A DNA stretch of 63,975 nucleotides, filler included, from Chiloscyllium plagiosum (lineage: Eukaryota): assembly GCF_004010195.1 (NCBI RefSeq). It is 5 parts of one record of this genome, joined end to end, with 100 filler letters (N's around TTAATTAATTAA, not from the genome) between each part and the next. Parts side by side here need not be neighbours in the genome. Positions count along the whole stretch, not along the records: positions 1 to 25,346 come from NC_057716.1; positions 25,447 to 39,351 come from NC_057716.1; 3 more parts are not named here. One strand, given 5' to 3'. Below the pieces are notes generated by a model. It had not been told where the DNA came from. It saw nothing but the letters and a program-made list of their open reading frames with translations, and ran no database searches. A program made the position numbers and the translations under genes. Positions within the stretch are counted from its first letter, which is position 1, and every line of letters begins with the position of its first letter. This document shows, piece by piece, positions 24,000-37,569 of this stretch.

Positions 24000-25346
24000 G
24001 TTTGACGGTATTAGGCAAGAACTTTGGAAAGCTGATTGTTCGCAGGTAAAAGGAGGGCTGGAAAGTGGGAAGCCATCAGAAATGAGATAACTAGAATCCA
24101 GAGAAAGTATGTTCCTGTCAGGGTGAAAGGGAAGGCTGGTAGGTATTGGGAATGCTGGATGACTAAAGAACTTGAGGGTTTGGTTAAGAAATAGAAGGAA
24201 GCATATGTCAGGCATCGACAGGATAGATCGAGTGAATCCTTAGAGTAGAAAGAAAGGAGGAGTGAACTTAAGAGGGAAATCAGGAGGGCAAAACGGGGAC
24301 CTGAGATAGCTTTGGCAAATAGAATTAAGGAGAGTGTAAAGGGTTTTTACAAATATATGAAGGACAAAAGGATAACTAGGGAGAGAATAGAGCCCCTCAA
24401 AGATCAGCAAGGCGGCCTTTGTGTGGAGCCACAGAAAATGGGGGAGATACTAAATGAATATTTTACTTCAGTATTTACTGTAGAAAAGGATATGGAAGAT
24501 ATCGACTGTAGGGAAATAGATGGTGACATCTTGCAAAATGTCCAGATTACAGAGGGGGAAGTGCTGGATGTCTTGAAACCGTTAAAAGTGGATAAATCCC
24601 CAGGACCTGATCAGGTATACCCGAGAGCTCTGTGGGAAGCTAGAGAAGTGATTGCTGGGCCTCTTGCTGAGATATTTGTATCATTGATAGTCACAGGTGA
24701 GGTGCTGGAAGACTGGAGGTTGCCAAATGTGGTGCCACTGTTTAAGAAGGGTGGTAAAGACAAGCCAGGGAACTACAGTGAGCCTGACCTCGGTGGTGGG
24801 CAAGTTGTTGGAGGGAATCCTGAGGGACAGGATGTACATGTATTTGGAAAGGCAAGGATTGATTCGGGATAGTCAACATGGCTTTGTGCATGGGAAATCA
24901 TGTCTCACAAACTTGATTGAGTTTTTTGAAGAAGTAACAAAGAAGATTGATGAGGGCAGAGCGGTAGATGTGATCTATATGGACTTCAGTAAGGCATTCA
25001 ACAAGGTTTCCCATGGGAGGTAAGTTAGCAAGGTTAGATCTCCTGGAATACAGGGAGAACTGGCCATTTGGATACAGAACTGGCTCAAAGGTAGAAGGCA
25101 GAGGGTGGTGGTGGAGGGTTGTTTTTCAGACTGGAGGCCTGTGACCAGTAGAGTGCCACAAGGATTGGTGTTGGGTCCTCTACTTTTTGACATTTATATA
25201 AATGATTTGGATGCGAGCCTAAAGGTACAGTTAGTAAGTTTGTAGATGACACCAAAATTGGAGATGTAGTGGACAGCGAAGAGGGTTACTTCAGATTACA
25301 ACAGGATCTTGACCAGATGGGCCAATGGGTTGAGATGGAGTTTAAT
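24000..25346 (+). mobile_element. Young CR1/HER1-type LINE ORF2 fragment in MCM6 intron 1, cut by the contig end
   Basis: Long open frames 24312-25023 with [36 protein letters not shown]. Confidence 0.94.
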
Positions 25347-25446
25347 NNNNNNNNNNNNNNNNNNNNNNNNNNNNNNNNNNNNNNNNNNNNTTAATTAATT
25401 AANNNNNNNNNNNNNNNNNNNNNNNNNNNNNNNNNNNNNNNNNNNN
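25347..25446. other. Artificial contig linker (44 N + TTAATTAATTAA + 44 N)
   Basis: Exactly 100 nt. The central 12-mer places stops in all six frames. Identical structure at three other sites. Confidence 0.97.
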
Positions 25447-27026
25447 AGGGCAGGTAAGAGGCCAGCATGGGGTGTCCAGGTGGATGAGGTGTGTTGGAGG
25501 CGGGAGAAGGGGTCGTCAGAGGGTGGGCAACTCATGTGTTAACCTATCTGTCCTCTTGCTAAAAAGAAGTAGGAACAGGAGTAGGCCATTTGGCCCTTCA
25601 TTCCTGCTCCACTGACTGTCTTTTCCTCATAACCCTTAATTTTTCTACAGATCAAGAATCTGTCTCAGCCTTTAATACACAGAAGGTTTCTGCCCCAACA
25701 ACGTTTTGATGCAAAGAGTTCCAAAGATTAAACCCTCAGAGACTGAAGTCCTTCTCATCTCAGTCTTAAACTGGTGTGCTTTATTCTGAGACTATGCTTC
25801 TGGTCCTAGACACTCAAATGAAGAGAAACATCCTCTCAGTATTTACCCAGTCAAGCCCCTGAAGAATCCTATACGTTTCAAAGAGATCACCTCTCATTGT
25901 TCTAAAATCCAGTGAGTAGAGTTCCAATATGTTTAGCCTTTGCTCATAAACCAATCCCTCCATATAAGGGATCATCCTTGTGAGCCTTCTCTGAACTGCC
26001 TCCAAACAAATTATATCTTTCCTTGAATAAAGGGGCAAAAATTACTTCAGATGTGATCTCACCAACACCTTGTGCAGTTCTAGTAAGACCTCCTTACTCT
26101 TATACTCCAACACCCACCCACCCCCCCACCTTAATTCTGCATTTCACTATGTGGCATTTTCAAATTATGTTTTTTATTTATAAGCAAAGTGTCCAGAGTA
26201 TATTCTACTTGAAAAACCAGTCCACTTTTACATTGAAGAACATGTGTAGGAGAAGTATGCCATTTTAGCAAAAAGAATGAGTTTGCTGATTTACAGCTTT
26301 ATTCAATTCTTGTGGATTTTTTGAGGAACTAACAAAAATGTATTTACGTACTTTGAAGATGCTTTTGGTAACCTGCACTAGTGCCTGTTAATGAAACACT
26401 ACCATGTGCTGGTATTTTCTACTATAAAGAATTATGACTAGATTTTGATTGGAAGTGGAATCACCTCAAACATGAAGAGAAGACACTAAGCAGCAAGAAT
26501 ATCAGCAATGCGCATTTGAGTAGAGTACCTAATGTAGGAAAACATACCAAGATGCTTTGCTGAAGGATAATCAGGGGAAAGAAATCCAAATTAAAGAACT
26601 ACTGGAAGAAATTGTGGCTCTAAGTCAGATCTGAAAGTAGAGAAGATCTATGGAGGCCTTGATGAAGAGTCATCTCGACTCAAAGCATTAGTTTACTCTT
26701 TCTGTATAGATGCTACCTGACCCACTGTGATCTCCAGCATGTGTTGTTTTCGGTATAGATTCTAGCATCTGCAGTAATTTGTTCTTACGTGATGAAATCT
26801 TAAATGGATGAGCATTGTGATGAAGATTCATGATTATTTTGAAACATCTGTTTTAAAGTAGACAGAACCATGTATAACTTTAAATTTGATTTATGTTTCT
26901 ATATTTTGTGGGCTAATAAATTAGTTTATTTTTTTCAGTTCTGGGATTGGTGCTGAGGCATCTGAAAGTTTGTTTACATGCGCTTAAATGATGCTTTTAA
27001 AACCCTTGAGATGATTCGTTCAGTAC

Positions 27027-27077
27027 CTTAAGATAAGAGTAGAACAGAAAAGGTCTGTTGCATAGCAACAAGGTGTC
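27027..27077 (-). CDS. Candidate exon (51 bp) of an unidentified gene
   Basis: Strong acceptor ttctgtctctatctccctgtgtcacag| and donor AAG|gtactg. Open as (Q)TPCCYATDLFCSTLIL. No recognised homology. Confidence 0.35.
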
Positions 27078-27118
27078 CTGTGACACAGGGAGATAGAGAC
27101 AGAAGCCAGGTTTTATTT

Positions 27119-27562
27119 AGAGTCATAGAGGTGTACAGCATGAAAACAGATCCTTCAGTCCAACCCGTCCATGCCGACCAGATATCCCAACCCAATCTAG
27201 TCCCACCTGCCAGCACCCGGCCCTTCCTATTCATATACCCATCCAAATGCCTCTTAAATGTTGCAATTGTACCAGCCTCCACCACATCCTATGGCAGCTC
27301 ATTCCATACACCTACCACCCTCTGCGTGAAAAAGTTGCCCCTTAGGTCTCTTTTATATCTTTCCCCTCTCACCCTAAACCTATGCCCTCTAGTTCTAGAC
27401 TCCCTGATCCTAGGAAAAAGACTTTGCCTATTTATCCTATCCATGCCCCTCATAATTTTGTAAACCTCTATGAGGTCACCCCTCTGCCTCCGACGCTCAA
27501 GGAAAAACAGCCCCAGCCTGTTCAGCCTTTCCCTGTTGCTCAGATCCTCCAATCCTGGCAAC
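27119..27562 (-). mobile_element. CR1/HER1-type LINE 3' end
   Basis: LPGLEDLSNRERLNRL...RGDLIEVYKIMRG...TRGHRFRV...FFTQRVV.VWNELP plus tail. Confidence 0.93.
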
Positions 27563-27949
27563 TACTCGGGTAGTGTCTCGGGTAACACAACCACGCAAAT
27601 ATAAACTGTTCTATTTACCCTTCCCAGAAGTCCTTTGCTCACTCCTCCCTCGCTAGCCTGAAGGTAAGAAGTTTAAATATACTTACCGGCCTTTCCGACA
27701 ATCACCTCGCACCAACGTCACCTCCTCCCGGCTCTCGCTGCTCCGAAGTGAAGTTTGAAATGTGTGTACTTCAATGTGAGGAGCATCCGAAATAAAGTGG
27801 GTGAACTGGCAGCGTGGGACTTCGATATTGTGGCCATTACGGAGACATAGATAGAGCAGGGACAGGAATGGCTGTTGCAGGTTCTGGGATTCAGATGTTT
27901 CAGTAAGAACAGAGAAGATGGTAAAAGAGGGGGAGGTGTGGCACTACTC

Positions 27950-29060
27950 AGGTAGTGTCTCCCACCCATCCTCCTCCTCTAACCTAAAAAAAATGTTGTG
28001 GGAGCCAGATTGACAAGGTAAGTAGTTTATTTCCTAATCCTTTTTTTGAGTAGTCACTTTGGGAGTTAGAACAGTGAGAATGGAGTGTAGGGCAGTGGAA
28101 TGTTCCTCCTGCAGAATGTGGGAAGTAAGGGTCACCACTAGTGTCCCTGCTGACTACATCTGTGGGAAGTGCACCCAACACCAGTTCCTTGAAACCCGCG
28201 TTAGAGAACTGGAGCTGGAATTGGATGAACTTCGGATCATTCGGAAGGCAGAGGGGGTTATTGACAGGACTTACAGAGAGGTAGTCACTCCCCAGATAAA
28301 CGATAAAGGCAGATGGGTGACAGTTAGGGGACAGAAAGGGAACCGGCAGGCAGTGCAGGGATCCCCTGTGGCCATTCCCCTCAACAAGTATACCGTTTTG
28401 GATACTGTTGGAGGGGATGACTTATCAGGGGAAAGCAGTGGGGCACCTGCTGCTCAGAAGGGGGAAGGGGAGCAGAGCAGTAGTCATTGGGGACTCGATA
28501 GTTAGGGGGAAACAGATAGGAGGTTCTGTGGGGACAAGAGACACTCACGGTTGGTGTATTGCCTCCCGGGTGCCAGGGTCCGCGATGTCTCTGATCGTGT
28601 TTTTGGATCCTTTGGGGGGAGGGGGAGCAGCCCCAAGTCGTGGTCCACTTTGGCACCAACGACATAGGTCGGAAGAGAGATGAGGACTTGAGGCAGGGAT
28701 CTAGGATGGAAGCTTAGAGCTAGGACAAACAGAGTTGTTTTCTCTGGTTTGCTGCCCGTGCCACATGCTAGTGAAGTGAGGAATAGGGAGAGAAAGGAGT
28801 TGAACACTTGGCTACAGGGATGGTGCAGGAGGGAGGGTTTCGGGTTTTTGGATAATTGGAGCTCTTTCTGAGGTAGGTGGGACCTCTACAAGCAGGATGG
28901 TCTTCATCTAAACCAGAGGGGTACCAATATCCTGGGTGGGAAATTCGCTAAAGCTATTAAGGTGGATTTAAACTAATACAGTAGGGGGATGGGAACCAAA
29001 ATTGTAGGACAGGTACAGAAGAGGATGAGAGTAGGGAGTTCCCAAATCAAATATCTGACA
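27950..29060 (+). mobile_element. CR1 LINE 5' region/ORF1 remnant (Cys-rich finger, coiled coil, SGNH esterase)
   Basis: VECSSCRMWEV..YICGKC..RVRELELELDELR, then frameshifted IGDSIVRG, CLPGARVRDV, VHFGTNDIG and DGLHLN. Confidence 0.88.
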
Positions 29061-29418
29061 CTGGCAAATGAGTTTCAGGAAGAGATATTAACTAAGAACA
29101 TAGTATTGGGTGCATGCAGATGTTTGTTGAAAAGAAGTCAGCCGCAATCAAATTCACCGAACAAAGAGCTTTAAGGTGGAAACAGGGTGACCTTCACTGT
29201 GGGTTAAATAAGTATAAGGTTGCTGTTGAGGATAAAAGGTTTGAAGCTTTATTTTTGATACATGTAACAAGATAACATCAACTAGTTCTTGTATAGTGTA
29301 ATAGCTTTTCTTTTTGTTTATAATAAACTTTAATGCTCAAATGTTAAAAATAGCAAAATGAGAATGTGCTCATACTTACTGAAAAGCATGGTAAGCAAAT
29401 TGCAGAAACAAAACTTAC

Positions 29419-29473
29419 TGGCTTTCAAGCCAGATTTCACTCTGGAATCTAACCTGTCCTGTATTATCATCAG
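29419..29473 (-). CDS. Candidate exon (55 bp) of an unidentified gene
   Basis: tgtttgcag|...|gtaagt consensus sites. Open as DDNTGQVRFQSEIWLES(Q). Phase-compatible with 27027-27077. Confidence 0.35.
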
Positions 29474-29569
29474 CTGCAAACATAACAGTATGCAAGGGAA
29501 AAAAGAGGGTCTCATTGGGACAGGTTAAGAAACAAAAGATGAGTCTAGAACTAAATATGGTCAATATAC

Positions 29570-29686
29570 ATTTGGGACATGACTCCATTTCCTTGGGTGA
29601 CATCATCGATGGACACCATATAGATTGGAATGAATGGAGAAAAGGTGGGGGCGTAATATTTCCCTTGGTCCTCATCTCACTGGTAT
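29570..29686 (-). CDS. Candidate exon (117 bp) of an unidentified gene
   Basis: cctgtgcag| acceptor and weak gtatat donor. Single open frame TSEMRTKGNITPPPFLHSFQSIWCPSMMSPKEMESCPK, in phase with 29419-29473. Confidence 0.25.
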
Positions 29687-29939
29687 CTGCACAGGATATG
29701 TATTTTAGAGGGATAGTTTTAAAACCTTTTCAGTGTTGTGAAATTTAATAAAGGGCACAGTTCATGCTCTCTTGTTAAATCAAATCTAAAGAAAATATAG
29801 AATATTAGAATTTTGCAGTGCAGGTTGCTATTCAGTCCCTCATATGTATAAATGCTTATTCACACAACACCCATAAAATATAAACACAATGGAAACACTC
29901 AGTCCCTCAACAATGCCAACATACAAACAGAACTTAAGG

Positions 29940-30300
29940 ATCACAGAATCCCTATACTGTGGAAGCAGGCCATTCAGCCCATTGACTCCATGCTGATCCC
30001 TCCGAAGAATATCCCATCCAGACCCATCCCCCTACGCTATACTTTTAACCCCGCAGCATTTCCCATGGCTAATCACCAAGCCTACACAGTCCTAGATATT
30101 ATGGACAATTTAGCATGGCCAGTTCACCTAACCTGCACATCTTTGGACTGTGGGAGGAAACCACAGCACCCAGAAGAAACCCGCACATACACAGGGAGAA
30201 TGTACAAACTCCATACAGACTGTTGCCGAAGGGTGGACATGAACCTGATTCCCAGGCATTGTTAGGCAACAAAGCTGACCGCTGACTACTGAGCCACCAC
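29940..30300 (-). mobile_element. HE1-type SINE, diverged
   Basis: CAATTTAGCATGGCCAGTTCACCTAACCTGCACATCTTTGGACTGTGGGAGGAAACC core. Confidence 0.85.
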
Positions 30301-33158
30301 GGTCTCAGGCTTCCTGGAGGAGGTTGAGAAGGTTTATCCATGCCATACTTTTGGATAAAGGTTTTGCTTATGTTAGAAAATCAATCTGTGTGCACTGGAT
30401 TTATTCAGTTTGTACAGTTATATTTCACTTGCTATTCAGGCAAAACTTGGTTCCAGAGTCAATCCTCGCTTTTCTTGTGTAATATGACCAATGTGCTGGA
30501 TTTTACACTGCAGTCTTCTTAATTCAAGTATTTTCCCTTTGAAAGGGCCCAATGAAAGGCCCAAATATCAAGATGAGATGATGGAAGTCAAAACTTGACA
30601 GTCCATTTTTACATAAGTGCCCATCCCCTAGCTGCCTGCATACCCTTCAGATGTCCTCCATAACATAATAGGTGGAGAGATGCTGAAATTGGCATTCCGT
30701 GTGCCATATTTTTGAAAGGTCAATTAAACTTATTACCAGTCCGGTTGCATAGGGTAATATACTCCCTGTGCCGTAATCTGGTTGTAAAAACCGAAAGAGC
30801 TGCGAATGCTGGAAATCAGAAACAAAAACAGAAGTTGCTGGAAAAGCTCAGCAGGTCTGGTAGCATCCATGAAGATAAATCAGAGTTACCGTTTCAGATC
30901 TGGTGATCCTTCCTCAGAATATGGTTGTAATTTAATGCGATGAAGTGTTTGCTACTTATCGGAGAATCTAATATTTATTGACATAAATACAAGAGCAAAG
31001 TGCTGCAGATGCTGAAAGTCTGAAGTAAAAGTCGAAAATGCCGGTATTCAGGAAATCTGGCTGCATCTGTCAAGAAAGAAAGCATTCCAATAATGTGACT
31101 ATTCATCAAATATACAAAACTAGAAGATAGTTACTAATAATTCAAACAGGGAAATAAGATATATTTTAAAAAACATAAGACAGCAATAATAATGTGGAAC
31201 TCCTTACTACAGGAAATGATTGAGGAACATGATTAGGTCCTTTCAGAAAGGAATTAGAAAAGTACATAACAACAAGGAAATGTAATATAATGCTGAAAGA
31301 CTGAGATTAGACGGGTATTGTGGGAGGGGAGTATAAACATCAATTTAACTGAATGGATTGTCTTGGTGCTGCATTTTCTGTATAAAAACATGATAATTGC
31401 TAAAAAAAGAATAAAGAATTAGGGCAACCTCTTTACTGAGAGAGTCATGTAAATGTTAAACTTGCTGTCACGTGGAATCATTAAGGCAATAGGCTAAAGT
31501 AGTTATGAGAGGCTAGATAAACATATGAGCATGAAAGGAATAGCATTAGTGTGAGATGATGTCAGGTAAAATAAAGCTTGTATCAATCTCTGATACAGAT
31601 CTGTCTATAGAATAGACTGTTTATTTATATTCTATGTAATCCTGGGGTGTGTAAACCCATCTAATGTAACCACTAAACCAGTTGAAACAGTTTTCTTAAA
31701 ATATCTACTTAAAATCATTGATGTCAAAAGCTTTTATTTTTTTCTGCTCTTGACACAAAGGCAGCATTTGACCAAACATAATGTTGAAAAGCCTAAGCAA
31801 TACTGTAAGTCATTTGGAATAAGGAGAAAGCTCTCAACTGTAGTCATACTTTCCACAAGGGAATATCACTATGGGGTTGTTGGTGTTAACCATGTCAATC
31901 CGAGGGCATAGCAGCAGAAGTTTCTCAGAGTATGGTCTGAGCCAACCATCTTCAGATGCTCTATCAATGATCTTCTGTCCATCATACAGTCAGAACTGGG
32001 AATGTTCAGTAATGATTGCACAATGTTTAGCACCCTTCATGATTCCACAAATACAGACAAACTCTGTGTGCATGTGCATCAATGCTCACAGTAGTGGGTA
32101 ATGCTCATCCTTGGGCTGCTAACTGACAATATACGTTCATTCACACAAGGGGAAGTCAGCAACCTTCACCAACAAGAAAGAATCCAATCATCTTCACTTG
32201 GCATTTAGTGGCATTGCAGTTGCTGAATACCACACAATCGACATCTCAGGTGTTACCATTGACCAGAAATTGAACTGGATCAATCATGTATTATTACATG
32301 CACAGGTCAAAGGCTGGAAAATCTATTGCATGTAACTCATCTCCCCCAAAGTCTGTCTAGCATCCTCGAGGCATAAAATAGGATTGTAATGGAACACCCT
32401 CCACTTGCTCTGATGACTGCAGCTCCAACAACACTTAGCTTGATTCCAGTTTGGACAAAGTAGCTCACTTGACTGGTATTCCATCTACTACCTTCAACAT
32501 TCATGTCCTGTGCCAGCCACACACACTGACAAAGGTACTGCAACAACTCACTAAGCCTCTCCTACAGCATAATTGTGAACCTGTTGGCTTGCTGTCTTGA
32601 TTAGTGTGCTGACAGCATAATCAGTGACATACACCATTTCAGTCATTTATATTGTCAGATTTATCCATAATATAACTGTTAAAGTCTGTAGTCTTGATGG
32701 AAATTACAGAATCAGATGGTGAAGAATGCCAGTGAAAGTCGCTATGAGATTATTTAATAAGAAATGCATAGTATTAAAGCATGAAGAAACATAGAAAAAT
32801 GGACACACTGTTTCACTCTTCAAGATCATAGTTTCTATGCGACCTACTTTCATATACCCATCCTTGCCTCACACCACTTATCACCTTCTGGTAACGGGAA
32901 TCAATCAGTGTCAGATTTTAAGTAAACAATTTACTGAGAACAGAATTCCAAACCTCCAACCTACTAATAAAATTGCTTCCTAATTTGTATTATAAAACCT
33001 TTGACTCTAATTTTTAGGCTGTGTTACAATTCTGATAACTAGTTGGTGAAGGATAGTACTGGTAGCACTCTCTGCATTTATTGACAGAGCTAAAAGTTTA
33101 AAGAGTGGACCTCCTAACTTATCCCCACCAACATTTCAATGAACATAACTTTAGATAT

Positions 33159-33795
33159 TGCTATGGGGTAGATCAAACCCCCTCAAGGAGGTAGCCTAAA
33201 CCTGAACTTTAATCTTATTTAGAGGCAAGTGTAAGGAGCTGCATTCCAGATGTGATTCAATTGGTCAAACTCCTAGGCTTTAAGGAAACGCACATTATTC
33301 TTACACCACAGTTAAACACAAACAAAAAAAAAAGATTCGGCACAACTTCAATTATATGAAAATATTTAACAAAATAATAAATAATAACTACTACTAATTG
33401 ACCTTCTAATACGGCAGCATGCCATAAACATACCCAAAGGCAAATTTAGCAAAAAGACATTTACTCACTTGCTATCTCTGTCAGTTCAAGAGAAAAAAAA
33501 TTAATACAATTAATCTAGCAGCAGACAGAATTTTAAGTTTTTGCAGCAGCAGAGAGAAACCTGTATCTAGCAACTTCAACTCCAAAACTCCAACTTCAAC
33601 AACTGAAACCAAAAACAAAAACTCTGGGTTTGCGTGAACCTGACTCCACCCACTCATGCTTCTTTTTAAATTAAAGAAAACCCAAAGCTACTTACTCTGT
33701 CTTCCATGGAGCAGACCTCAGCACCAGGTTTACAACATCTGTCTTCAAGAGAAACAGGACAGAACAAAACCTTCTTAAAGGCACATATTATCACA
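33159..33795 (-). mobile_element. Solo LTR (related to 13355-13962)
   Basis: TG...CA termini with ATAT/GTAT flanks. Shares internal blocks with the 13355 copy in reverse orientation. Confidence 0.65.
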
Positions 33796-35442
33796 GTATG
33801 CTCAAGTGAATCCCCACTATCTGTCTCCCTTCTGCATATAGTTAACACAATTAGTGCAACATGATTTATGCACCTCTCTGCCTTTAATGGAAATTAGAGT
33901 TAATGCACAGAAACAATGTTTCAGAAGAAATCAAGTGAAGAGCCTTCATAATCTGTAAAGAACTATATTATGCTAAGTTCTTCTTGAGAACCCCCAAAAA
34001 CCTTTTCATGCATGCATATTTTTATAATATATCTTGATAGTTAATGATTTGCACCACCCATTTATTTGCATAATGACCACATGGATTCTGAAGTCTTCAG
34101 GTACCCACTCTGACTGACCGTTCGAGAATTCTCAGCATCTAGTTTGCTCGCAGTAATAGAGAGTGGACATTAATGAGGTGAAACCTCCAGTTACAAAGGT
34201 TTAATGTGGAATTGTGTTCAAATAATGACCAAAATCGGTGAGTAGTCTCTTTATTCAGCAACCACATTAGCACAATTTTGAGGAAGGGATAGAATCCTGA
34301 AATATAGTTCTGACTCTTTATACACAGTTCTTGAATATATTAAAATTCTATTACTATGGTGTTACACTGTTTTATCTATGGTACACAAAACTTTAAGGGG
34401 CTTCTGTCCTGGGAGACAGGAGATGAGTTAAAACAAGTGCTAATTGCTGGCTGCTTTTCCTGTCCGGTCTGCTTGCATAATGAAGAGGTGTTAGTCATTT
34501 TGTCTTTTAAGTTAGTAAGTGTTAGTATAAAATGCAAGGCCAATATGCTCTAAATAAGTTAGAAATTATACCTGTACTTAATAAAAGAATAAAGGACATT
34601 ATATTGATTACTGCAGCTGGGTTGTGAGATTTGTTTGCTTTTGCCAGTGTGAGTTTAATTCATTCATACAATTTCACTTAAACGCTGTTTTGACAGCTTT
34701 TTTAAAAGGGATAACGGCCCAGTTAAAAGGTATTTAATAAGTACATACTAATTAGGGGAAATTGTTTGGTGTTCTGTAATCTACGCAGGTCTGAGAGACA
34801 TTTGGTAAGGGCTGATTAGTATTATAATCTTTTGTGGAGACATGATGGTGTGGATGGTATTGTTCTGAATATGCTACACGTATTCAGAGGTGGCTAGGCC
34901 TAAACACTGCTTGTAGCAAAGGCTGACAAGAATTAAAGGTGTGAAAAAGCAGTAATGGTTGAAAGGGTTGATTTAATTAGAAAGGGTTATTTTAATTTGG
35001 CCTATCTTATGAAAGTGAAATATACTACTTGGTTTTATGAATGAATAAATGAATGAATGAATGACTGTGTTATAGTAAGTAACGGGTTAGTAAAGTGTTA
35101 TGAATGAATGAACAGGAACCTGGTATTAATGAATATAGTGAATTGGTGAATGAGTTAATAAGGATAACCTGTAACACAAAATCTTACATTAACAAGCATA
35201 AACAATAAACAATCCCCTTTAGTTGGCAACTTTCTGCTGCCTAGCGAGAATCTCACCTCAATTCCTGGAACTTAGTTCGAAGATAAAATGAGTTGCTCCT
35301 GACCTTGAGAGAGGCCTTAGTGGACTTTTCTTGTGATTCTACATTTCTTACCATACCCCATACCATTCAGCCACTATACGATTCTGCTCCTAGTCTCCAC
35401 TACTTCCAGCTTTTCATTAATTAGAAAGTAGTCATAAGTGTG

Positions 35443-36405
35443 TAAGTTAGCTCACCGAGCTTGAAGGCTTGATTTCAGACATTTGTCACCATACTAGGTA
35501 ACATCACCAGTGAGAGTCTCGGCTGAAGCGCTGGTGGTATGTCCCGCCTCTTTATTTATGGGTCTTGGTTTCTTAAGGTGGGTGGTGTCATTTCTGGTTC
35601 TTTTTTTCAATGGAAGGTAGATAGGGTCTACATCAATGTGTTTATTCATGAGTACTGGATAGAATGCCATGCCTCTTAAGAATTTTCATGCGTGTCTTTG
35701 TTTCGCCTGTCCTGGGATGTGTGTGTTGTCCCAGTGGTGTCCTTCTTTGTCTGTATGTATAGAAACTAGTGATACGGGGTCGTGTCTTTTGGTGGCCAGT
35801 TGGTGTTCATATATCCTGGTGGCAAGTTTCCTGCTAGTTTGTCTGATGTAGTGTTTTTTACATTTCTTGCATGGTACCTAAATGATGTTAGTTTTGCTGG
35901 TGGTATCTATTGGATCCTTTAGATTTGTTAGTTGCTGTTTAAGTGTGGTGGTAGGTTTTTGGGCTACCATGATGTCAAGGGGTATGAGTAGTCTGGAATT
36001 CATTTCTGATATGTCTTTGATATAAAGTAGTGTGGCTATAGTTTTTGGTTGCGTTGTGTCTGCTTGTTTGGATTTGTTTCTGAGGAATCGTTGGATTGTG
36101 TTTATTGGGTACTTGTTTTTCTTGAAAACGTTGTAAAGATATTTTTCTTCTGCTTTTTGTAGCTTTGGGTGCTGCAGCATGATGTAGTTCATTAAAACAA
36201 TGTCTGAATGCAGCTCTGTTTATGGGTATTGGGATGATTGCTTCTGAAGTTAAGTATTTGGTCCGTATATGTTGTTTTTCTGAATTTTATGCTTGTCAGG
36301 ATATTGTTGATGTTATTGTAAGTTTCCTCTAATTTGTTCCATTTTGTGATGACGTAGCGGACCCAAAGTTTGAGTTGGATAGATGGGAGGGCAGCTTGTT
36401 CAAGT
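35443..36405 (-). mobile_element. Penelope-like element 3' part (RT thumb, GIY-YIG endonuclease, terminal repeat with decayed hammerhead)
   Basis: LNFRSNHPNTHKQSCIQTLF, ATLLYIKDISE, TNII(Y).VPCKKCKKHYIRQTSRKLATRIYEH. Decayed CTGGTGA...AAA core near 35475-35512. Confidence 0.88.
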
Positions 36406-37569
36406 CGCTGCATTACTGCTTCGGCTATGAGCCCTGACAGGCATAAAATTCACAAAAGAGGAGGACAACAGACTAAAGCTTAGTGAGTTGTTGCAGTACA
36501 TTTCATAATGGGTCCATACTTCTGTCAGTGTGTGTGTGTGGCTGGCACAGGACATGAATGTTGAAAGTAGTGGATGGAATACCAGTCAAGTGAGCTACTT
36601 TGTCCAAACTGGAATCAAGCTCAGTGTTGATGGAGCTGCAGTCATCAGAGCAAGTGGAGGGTGTTCGATCACAATCCAGTCTTATGCATCGTGGATGCTA
36701 GACAGACTTTGGGGGAGATGAGTTACAAGCAATAGAAGATTTTTGTTGTAAAATGGCATTTTGTTTGATGTATTTAAGCTTTACTAAATTTGATTGGAGT
36801 CCAAGCCAGCTGTCTTTGAGATGACATTGTCACCATAGCCTTTGGATGAAGTCAAACCAATGTCTTCTGAAAATTCTACTTAAGATCCTATGATATGTCT
36901 CAGAAATTTATTTGCAATTCATCTGCTTTAGCAGCAACACATTTTGTCTTAATATTAAAAATGTATTTCTCTCCTTCATGTGTATCTTTTGTGGTGCACA
37001 TGATTACTTATTCAGGAAATGGGACACATAAATTGGTTCCAGGCACTTAGTAATGCCACTTTATAACTGTTGCATTTAATAAAAGCAACCTCAAGGTTAC
37101 CCTTTTTAACTGTCCTCCAGTGGCTCACAGGAAAGTGTTTTTTTGAGATAATGCAATAAGTTTTGAACTCCAAACTTATGGAAAATTGTTAGTGAAAGTA
37201 AAACTGGACACACTACTACATGGCCAGTTTGGAGAGTTGGCTTGCCTATAATGTAGCCATATAAAAGACGATAGTAAGAAGAATGGTAGGGTCTATTAGA
37301 GACCAAGAGGAGTTCAACGCATGGAGACAGAGGATAGCATAGTTCAGATACTAAATAAAAGAATTACATCTGTCTGATACTGCGAAATATATGGTAACGG
37401 ATGACATAGTTAAGATGAAAGGATGGATACTGAGGAGGTATTAAAAGAAATTGAGCTGTGCGAAAGTTGATGGGTCTCCAGAAACAAATGTTAAAGCCAT
37501 GGACCATAAGATAAACTCTTGCAATCTTCTTTTATATTACTAGTTATCTTACCCACATAATTCATCTTC

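Noticed and set aside
24312..25023. Long RT-like ORFs as a functional or domesticated gene (also 61465-62197)
   Set aside because: Frameshifted, truncated and near-identical to other LINE copies in the window.
25391..25402. TTAATTAATTAA palindrome recurring four times
   Set aside because: Always centred in exactly 88 Ns. It is an artificial linker.
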